DNA from: Spirochaetaceae bacterium | GTDB taxonomy: Bacteria; Spirochaetota; Spirochaetia; DSM-2461 | Length of the DNA stretch: 64,000 nt | Assembly: GCA_051531975.1 (NCBI GenBank) | Contig: JAOPTT010000014.1 | Coordinates: 32,001 to 96,000 of the forward strand | Reading direction: 5' to 3' | Shown: positions 57,803 through 64,000 of the stretch, piece after piece | How positions within the stretch are numbered: the stretch's first letter is position 1 | Layout: each line of letters begins with the position of its first letter | The notes under the pieces: model-generated | What the model was told of the DNA's origin: nothing | Seen by the model: only the letters and a program-made list of their open reading frames with translations | Databases searched by the model: none | Position numbers and translations under genes: made by a program

Positions 57803-58572
57803 TAATTACTCCTTATTAGATCTACTAGCTCCTCATAATCTAGGTCTGGATGTATTCCAAGCCTAGAAAGAGCAAAATCCCACTTAACAGGATCATCTGG
57901 GTTTAAATTAGCAAACTCTTTAGTAATTTTAAGTACATTTGACATTGAATTGCTAGCAGATTTTGTAAAACCTAAAATTTTACTAATATTTGTCATGTGA
58001 ATATCTAGGGGAATTATGAGTTTAGATGCAGGGAGACCCTTCCATAAACCTAAATCTACTCTGTCTTCCCTTACCATCCACCTAAAATATAGAGCCAATC
58101 TTTTAAATGCACTATTTCCTGAACTTTTAGGAATTAGTGGAGAGCTTAAATTAAACTCTGCGGACAATCTTTTAAAAAGTGGAAAAAATGTTTCATCATC
58201 TTTATTATAATTATCCATAACCCAATTTTCTAAAGATTCATATTTAACTACTACTTTTTTTATGTTTACAAAGAACTCTATTATATGAACATCTTTATAA
58301 TACCTATAATAAAAACCCTTAAACTTTGTTTCTATATCCGGTTCAGAGCAATTTTTGAAAAAATCGTAGGGCCTGTTGCCCATCTGATCAAAAACTGACT
58401 TTAAAAACTTTAAAATCTGAAATACATTTCCTACTGCAAAAGAGGAAGCTATAAGTCCAACAATCTCCTGATCGTTTTTATTATTAAAGTTGCAAACCAT
58501 CTCAAACGGGTCGGGATGTATATACTCTTTTTTATTGTATTTATCATATAACTTATCTAAGTCATTTATCAC
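57802..58572 (-). CDS. TIGR02757 / DUF2400 family protein
   Basis: SAFKRLALYFRWMVR, IPLDIH and DPVKWDFAL motifs. Confidence 0.9.
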   Translation of the reverse strand: MINDLDKLYDKYNKKEYIHPDPFEMVCNFNNKNDQEIVGLIASSFAVGNVFQILKFLKSVFDQMGNRPYDFFKNCSEPDIETKFKGFYYRYYKDVHIIEFFVNIKKVVVKYESLENWVMDNYNKDDETFFPLFKRLSAEFNLSSPLIPKSSGNSAFKRLALYFRWMVREDRVDLGLWKGLPASKLIIPLDIHMTNISKILGFTKSASNSMSNVLKITKEFANLNPDDPVKWDFALSRLGIHPDLDYEELVDLIRSN

Positions 58573-59269
58573 TTTCTATATCCTTATATATTATTGGTAG
58601 AATCGGTTCTAATTCTGGAATAGTAACAAATCCCTCTGAATTTACGCCTACTTTGAATGGTACTATTTTAACTACCTGAGCTACTCTCTTTAATGTAGTT
58701 GCAAATGTAGGGTCTGTTATATTATTAGGAGAAAAGCTTGTTGAATTAGGATTGAAAACAACTAAAATAACCATCGCCTTATATCCTTCAGCTATTGCTA
58801 GCTCTAACTCGTTCAGATGTTTTACTCCCCTGGTCGTAGGAGCGTCTGGGAAAATTGCTTCTAGGCCATTAAACAAAGTACATGATTTAACTTCTATAAA
58901 TGTCTTTTCCCCACCGTCCTCAACTAAAAAATCAAACCGTGATTTTCCATAGGTAACTTCACTTCTAATTTCTGGTTTGTTAAAGAGTCTAGGAATTATT
59001 AACTTACCTGCAACATCGTTAGCCCTAGCCGATGTAATTGGAACTATTAAATTTTCTTTATATACTGCCACCACGCTATAGGCGGTTTTTCTATTTGGGT
59101 TTGTACTCTTTTCTAATATTAGTTTAACACCAGGAAATAGTAGTTCTTTCATCCGCCCTGTATTTGGACAGTGACAAATAACGACTTCCCCATCTATTAA
59201 AGCGTGGATTATAAACCTATTAGGTCTAACTCTGAATTCTGCAATCACATCGTTCTGGAATAACTTCAT
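58562..59269 (-). CDS. sfsA: SfsA nuclease-family protein
   Basis: RPNRF, HCPNTGRM, IEVKSCTL and FPDAPTTRGVKHL motifs. Confidence 0.93.
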   Translation of the reverse strand: MKLFQNDVIAEFRVRPNRFIIHALIDGEVVICHCPNTGRMKELLFPGVKLILEKSTNPNRKTAYSVVAVYKENLIVPITSARANDVAGKLIIPRLFNKPEIRSEVTYGKSRFDFLVEDGGEKTFIEVKSCTLFNGLEAIFPDAPTTRGVKHLNELELAIAEGYKAMVILVVFNPNSTSFSPNNITDPTFATTLKRVAQVVKIVPFKVGVNSEGFVTIPELEPILPIIYKDIESDK

Positions 59270-59389
59270 ATATTAAATATAGGTATAATTATTATAATGT
59301 TCAAGTTTAACCCCTTCAAGATTTGACAATATAACGTTTTCTATATATATTACTTTGTATAAGAAATTGAAATTAGAGGTGAAAGAGAT

Positions 59390-59662
59390 ATGGACAATAT
59401 ATTAGATGGGAATGCCCCAATAGTAATCGATGTAAGATCAAGAGATGAGTATGCTGGAGGATCTTATCCAGGTGCTATTAACATTCCTGTAGACGAGATT
59501 GAGTCAAGAACTGGTGACTTAGGAAATAGAGACAGAGAGATCGTTTTATATTGTGCATCTGGTGGAAGAAGTTCATTTGCCCTTAGCATATTACAACGAT
59601 ATAGCTTCACAAACCTTAAAAATGGTGGTGGATTTATGCAAATGATGTCTACACTAAAATAA
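59390..59662 (+). CDS. single-domain rhodanese
   Basis: IDVRS, GAINIP and YCASGGRS motifs. Confidence 0.9.
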   Translation: MDNILDGNAPIVIDVRSRDEYAGGSYPGAINIPVDEIESRTGDLGNRDREIVLYCASGGRSSFALSILQRYSFTNLKNGGGFMQMMSTLK

Positions 59663-59724
59663 AACATTGACTTTTTTATGAGTAACGGCTACTTTAGTTA
59701 GTATAGGCTAACATAGGAGTTATT

Positions 59725-60756
59725 ATGAATGTAATTTTTTACGATTCAAAACAGTATGATATAGACTCATTCACAAACGAAAACAGGGACTTTGGGTATA
59801 AATTAAAGTTCCTTGATTTTAAACTCACAATAGAATCAGCAGAACTTGCTAAAGGTTACGATGTTGTATGTGTATTTGTAAACGACATAGTTACTGAAGA
59901 AATTATTAGTAGGTTACATGAGCTAGGTGTAAAAATGATTGCTCTAAGATGTGCTGGTTATAATAATGTAGACTTTGAGAGTGCATTTGAAAAAGTTCAT
60001 ATCGCCAGAGTTCCAGCCTACTCCCCATATGCTGTAGCAGAACATGGTATGGCACTAATAATGACTCTAAATAGAAAAACTCATAAAGCATATAACAGAA
60101 CCAAAGAGAGTAACTTTAACATTGGTGGTCTTGTTGGTTTTGATCTATATGGAAAAAACATTGGTGTTATTGGTACAGGTAAAATTGGACAAAAGTTCAT
60201 AAACATTGCCAACGGTTTTGGTATGAATGTACTAGCCTACGACAAGTTTCCAAATAAAGATCTAGATGTAACATATACAGATTTAGATACACTGTATAAA
60301 GAGTCCGATATTATCTCTCTGCACTGTCCACTTTTAAAAGATACAGAACATTTAATAAACAAAGATAGTATAGATAAGATGAAAGATGGTGTAATGATAA
60401 TAAATACTTCCCGGGGTGGTTTAATTAAAGCTAAAGATCTTATTCGAGGTTTAAAAACCAGGAAAATAGGTAGTGCTGGATTAGATGTATACGAAGAGGA
60501 AGCAAAATACTTTTTCGAAGACTTTTCAGATGACATGGTTAAGGACGATATTTTAGCTAGACTTTTATCATTTCCAAATGTATTAGTTACAAGTCATCAA
60601 GCTTTTTTAACAAAAGAAGCTCTAAAAAATATAGCTAATACAACATTAAATAATATTAAAAGTTTTAGTTTAGGCCAGGATGAGTACAATGAAATATGTT
60701 ACAATTGCAAACACAAAGCAACCTGTCCTAAAAAAAATGGTAAAGGTTGTTTCTAG
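59725..60756 (+). CDS. ldhA: D-lactate dehydrogenase
   Basis: RCAGYNNVD, VPAYSPYAVAEH, GTGKIG and TSHQAFLT motifs. Confidence 0.9.
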   Translation: MNVIFYDSKQYDIDSFTNENRDFGYKLKFLDFKLTIESAELAKGYDVVCVFVNDIVTEEIISRLHELGVKMIALRCAGYNNVDFESAFEKVHIARVPAYSPYAVAEHGMALIMTLNRKTHKAYNRTKESNFNIGGLVGFDLYGKNIGVIGTGKIGQKFINIANGFGMNVLAYDKFPNKDLDVTYTDLDTLYKESDIISLHCPLLKDTEHLINKDSIDKMKDGVMIINTSRGGLIKAKDLIRGLKTRKIGSAGLDVYEEEAKYFFEDFSDDMVKDDILARLLSFPNVLVTSHQAFLTKEALKNIANTTLNNIKSFSLGQDEYNEICYNCKHKATCPKKNGKGCF

Positions 60757-60915
60757 CAGTCTGTCGGACTTAATGTTTACAAGGATATTTGCAGAGATTT
60801 TTGTCCTATTTGAGACGAGAATGAGGAAAATATTTCCAATATTTGACAATTGAACAACGAAAAATAGGGCTAAAAGATCAAAAATAGACTGTAATTGATT
60901 GAGTCCAACTGACTG
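60757..60915. mobile_element. 159-bp MITE-like element with imperfect terminal inverted repeats and CTAG flanks
   Basis: Left end CAGTCTGTCGGACTTAAT; right end (reverse complement) CAGTCAGTTGGACTCAAT; CTAG at 60753-60756 and 60916-60919. Confidence 0.75.
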
Positions 60916-61641
60916 CTAGGGTAGATACCTCTCAACCACGTTACTCATGGAGTTAAATAGATTATCCCGTATAACATCTCCATGGGTATCTGCCATAGTT
61001 TGTATAACCTCTCTCATGTCCCGTCTTTTAGAATTATCTGCAAAACCACACTGACAAGTACACTTAGTAATATTCAGATGATCAGCCATTTTAATGATTT
61101 CGTGCTCTTTTACATAGGCTAAAGGTCTAACTATTGCTTGATCATATCTATCGTAGTCCAGTTTTGGTAACATAGTTGATATTTTACCCTTTAAGGTCAT
61201 ATTCATTAATAATGATTCAATAATATCATCCATATGATGTCCTAAAGCAATTTTATCGTATCCATTTTCAACAGCATACTTTAAAAGTTCAGTCCTTCTT
61301 TGTGTGGAACACCAATAACAGTTCATTTTTCTACCAGGTTTTAATCTCTTAATAACACCAATTTGTAATATCTCATAATCTACACCCCAACTAGTTAACA
61401 ACGCTTCCATATTTTTCCGCTCTGCTTCATTACCAAACTCTGACTGTATATGTATAGCTTTAAATGAAAACTTAATAGGGAATCCTTTTATCTTTTGAGC
61501 TAGATAATAGGCTAATAACATAGAATCCTTACCACCTGAAACAGCAAGAAGTACCTTATCTCCTTCCTCTATCATTTCATATTTAAGTATTCCCTTAGTT
61601 ATTTTTTTACCAATAAGTGTCTCTAATTTCTTCAAAAGCAA
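60916..61641 (-). CDS. ttcA: tRNA 2-thiocytidine biosynthesis protein, TtcA family
   Basis: PP-loop SGGKDS, CYWC, LGHHMDD and VRPLAY motifs. Confidence 0.88.
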   Translation of the reverse strand: MLLKKLETLIGKKITKGILKYEMIEEGDKVLLAVSGGKDSMLLAYYLAQKIKGFPIKFSFKAIHIQSEFGNEAERKNMEALLTSWGVDYEILQIGVIKRLKPGRKMNCYWCSTQRRTELLKYAVENGYDKIALGHHMDDIIESLLMNMTLKGKISTMLPKLDYDRYDQAIVRPLAYVKEHEIIKMADHLNITKCTCQCGFADNSKRRDMREVIQTMADTHGDVIRDNLFNSMSNVVERYLP

Positions 61642-61724
61642 TCCCCTTAAAAGGAATATATCAGAGTACCACGAATTATTGAAGTAACGCTTGTTCTTAA
61701 AACAACAACATACTAAAATAAATT

Positions 61725-63065
61725 ATGGACATAACTATTAAATTACTACTTTTATTAACAATCTACATTTTAGGTTTTCTCGCAAATAGGTTAGAAGGTC
61801 ATCTAAAACCTATAAATGTAACAAATCCAATTCTATTTAATCTAGGTAAAATAATCTCTTATTTCAGTGGAGGAATAATATTAGGACTCTTAGGTTTTTT
61901 AATTAAAATAAATGGATTTAATGGTGGGATTCTTCTTTATGTTTTTACAGTAGGGATAATAATTGTAGCAATATCCCACATCCCTGTATTCCCCAAAATA
62001 GTCATTATTGGGCTACATAGCCATCACCATCATTCTAGATCTTTTATAGCTGGAATGCTAAATATATTCTCTTCTTCAGCATCTTTACATATTATTATGG
62101 TTGCGGCATTAGCCCACGGTTATTTTATTGAAAGTGGGATAATCCTATTAGTTTTTTGCTTAGGAACTTTGTATATTCCAGGAGTTAATAAATTTAATCC
62201 AATTAAACTTTTTAAAATCCTACGAGGGGTTATATTTATTTTTTGCTCACTATTTATAGTAAATAAAGCTCTAATGTACTGTGAAACTTATCTGATTAGC
62301 CCTTTTGAAGACAGAAAAACTGCCATAGTTCCAGAAGTATTAAATAACGTGCAGTATCTAAAAACAAATATAAACCAACTGGAAAACAGAATACTTATAG
62401 GTAAAGAGTTAGAACTAAATTGGATGTTAGATGGTAATAAAAAAGGTGATCTATTATACATTCCAAGATACAGATATAGATCTGACCTAGGTGAGGATTC
62501 TCAATTTTTATCAATAAAAGCCAACAAAGCAGGAATAATATATTTAACAGGAAAGTTAGGCCGTGGAGACTATATAATTAAAGTTGTCGACAGTGTTAAC
62601 AATGTATTTGAGTTACCATATAAGACTATTATGGACTCAGGTTACGGAGATGATATTCATGGTGAGGACTATGTAGCCCAGGAGAAGATTCCTGATATAA
62701 CTGTTACTGATCCAGGAATAGCTAAGATAGTAGATAGCATACAATATGTTACCATTAATATAACTAAAAAAGGTTATACCCCATCGGTTGTAGTTCTTAA
62801 AACAGGAATGCCCGCTGTTATTAATTTTGTAGTTAAGGAATTAACAGAAGAGAACAAAAGAATCGTTATGCCTTCATATAACGAATACCTAAAGTTTTCC
62901 GAGGGAGAAAATCCTATAAATATACCAGACCCACTTATAGATTTTATTTTTTATAGCTGGAAGGGTGAGTTTGGTGGATACGTTCTGATTGTAGATGATC
63001 TACTTGGAATGACTAAAGAGAAAGCTGAAAGACAGATTAGAATGTTAAATATAAATGGCATTTAA
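61725..63065 (+). CDS. DsbD_2/TauE-like membrane domain plus cupredoxin-like domains (degenerate)
   Basis: FNLGKIISY...GG..G and VFCLGTL TM pattern; GYTPSVVVLKTGMP cupredoxin-like start; HSHHHH tract. Confidence 0.6.
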   Translation: MDITIKLLLLLTIYILGFLANRLEGHLKPINVTNPILFNLGKIISYFSGGIILGLLGFLIKINGFNGGILLYVFTVGIIIVAISHIPVFPKIVIIGLHSHHHHSRSFIAGMLNIFSSSASLHIIMVAALAHGYFIESGIILLVFCLGTLYIPGVNKFNPIKLFKILRGVIFIFCSLFIVNKALMYCETYLISPFEDRKTAIVPEVLNNVQYLKTNINQLENRILIGKELELNWMLDGNKKGDLLYIPRYRYRSDLGEDSQFLSIKANKAGIIYLTGKLGRGDYIIKVVDSVNNVFELPYKTIMDSGYGDDIHGEDYVAQEKIPDITVTDPGIAKIVDSIQYVTINITKKGYTPSVVVLKTGMPAVINFVVKELTEENKRIVMPSYNEYLKFSEGENPINIPDPLIDFIFYSWKGEFGGYVLIVDDLLGMTKEKAERQIRMLNINGI

Positions 63066-64000
63066 ATGAAAACATTATTAATAACTCCACCATTTTCTCA
63101 ACTAAATACCCCCTACCCTGCGACCTGTTATCTAGCAGGATATCTAAGATCCAAAGATTATAATATTGATCAGAAGGATCTAGGTATTATTGTAATTAAC
63201 CGTATATTTTCTAAAAAAGGTTTAATACGTATATTTAATGAAAAAAGTGTTGGCAGAATTGGAGCAATAAAAGATAGTTATATAAATACAATTGATCCTG
63301 TAATAAAATTTTTACAAGGAAATGACCCAACACTAGCCCACAGAATAGTAAAAACAGATTACCTACCTCAATCTGATCGTTTCGATAACCTAGATACAGA
63401 AAACTTTGGGGATATGGGAATTAATAACTTAGCTAGACATATGGCAACTCTATATATGAATGATATAGGGGATTATATAACTGTAAATATCGATAACAAT
63501 TTTGGATTTAGTAGATATAGTGAACGTTTAGGTCTATCTCCTGGTAGTTTCGAAAGTGTGGAAAATGAGCTTCTAAATTGTAAAAACTTAATTACAGATT
63601 TTATATTAGAAGAGTGGGATAAAATACTAAAAAATAACTACGATGTTATAGGTATTACTATTCCATTTCCAGGGAATCTGATTTCGGCACTTCTAATTGC
63701 AGATAGAGCTAAAAAACTAAACCCAAAGGTTAAAATAATTATTGGTGGTGGTTGGGTTAATACTGAACTTAGAGACCTTACAGAAACAAAGTTATTTAAC
63801 TACGTAGATTATGTAGTATTAGATGATGGAGAAGATCCTTTAGATCTTATTTTAAAATCTATTTTACATAAAGATTCATATATAAAACTTAATAGAACAT
63901 ATATTTTAGAAGATAATAAGGTTACCTATAAAACTGATAATCAGGCAGTTGATATACATCTTAATAATCTTCCAGCCCCAGATTATACAGGGCTAGATTT
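63066..64000 (+). CDS. B12-binding radical SAM protein (partial, runs off the window end)
   Basis: Missing from the ORF track. Manual translation gives MKTLLITPPFSQLNTPYPATCYLAGYL...ITIPFPGNL...IIGGGWVNTELR...LDDGE...PAPDYTGL. Confidence 0.85.
   Translation, partial: MKTLLITPPFSQLNTPYPATCYLAGYLRSKDYNIDQKDLGIIVINRIFSKKGLIRIFNEKSVGRIGAIKDSYINTIDPVIKFLQGNDPTLAHRIVKTDYLPQSDRFDNLDTENFGDMGINNLARHMATLYMNDIGDYITVNIDNNFGFSRYSERLGLSPGSFESVENELLNCKNLITDFILEEWDKILKNNYDVIGITIPFPGNLISALLIADRAKKLNPKVKIIIGGGWVNTELRDLTETKLFNYVDYVVLDDGEDPLDLILKSILHKDSYIKLNRTYILEDNKVTYKTDNQAVDIHLNNLPAPDYTGLD

Noticed and set aside
57802..59269. sfsA plus TIGR02757 as a novel nuclease defence pair
   Set aside because: Both are widespread conserved families in a housekeeping neighbourhood with no sign of mobility.
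1331..60536. Many 60-200 aa ORFs antisense or out of frame within real genes (e.g. 34583-35146, 46600-47199, 33497-33937, 45309-45692, 53408-53620)
   Set aside because: Shadow ORFs that overlap well-supported genes and have no recognisable motifs.

Overview
AT-rich bacterial chromosomal window. It is probably from an anaerobic free-living spirochaete, inferred from the gene repertoire and an 'FAEGQQE'-type signal peptide; this was not verified. No rRNA, tRNA, CRISPR array, integrase or transposase was seen. From left to right it contains: (1) 1-11.9 kb, an alpha-glucoside catabolic cluster with a GH13_18 phosphorylase (KxxYYQ loop), a stand-alone P-loop kinase, beta-PGM, AglEFG-like ABC components, a GH65 trehalose-phosphorylase-like enzyme and three LacI regulators; (2) two orphan sensor kinases, a short S1 protein, a MoxR-DUF58-transglutaminase operon, a LysE/MocR pair and slyD; (3) a 2.3 kb decayed insert bounded by an exact 25-bp direct repeat and carrying a truncated fic; (4) an ABC-2 exporter, an apparently circularly permuted ROK-like protein, PadR and MarR modules, hcpR/trx/rlmF/hcp; (5) 39.8-52.2 kb, a GntR regulon with five TTGTATACAA-type boxes encoding two TIM-barrel isomerases, a TTT transporter, a split transketolase, a 2-hydroxyacid dehydrogenase, glycerate kinase and an AEC transporter, a candidate undescribed sugar-acid transketolase pathway interrupted by a 2TM (SLATT-like) gene plus an unannotated 24-aa proline-rich micropeptide; (6) metY/cysK, sfsA, ldhA, a 159-bp MITE with CTAG flanks, ttcA, a Cys-depleted DsbD_2/cupredoxin protein and a partial B12 radical SAM gene. 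Family calls come from motif recognition only; no database searches were run.
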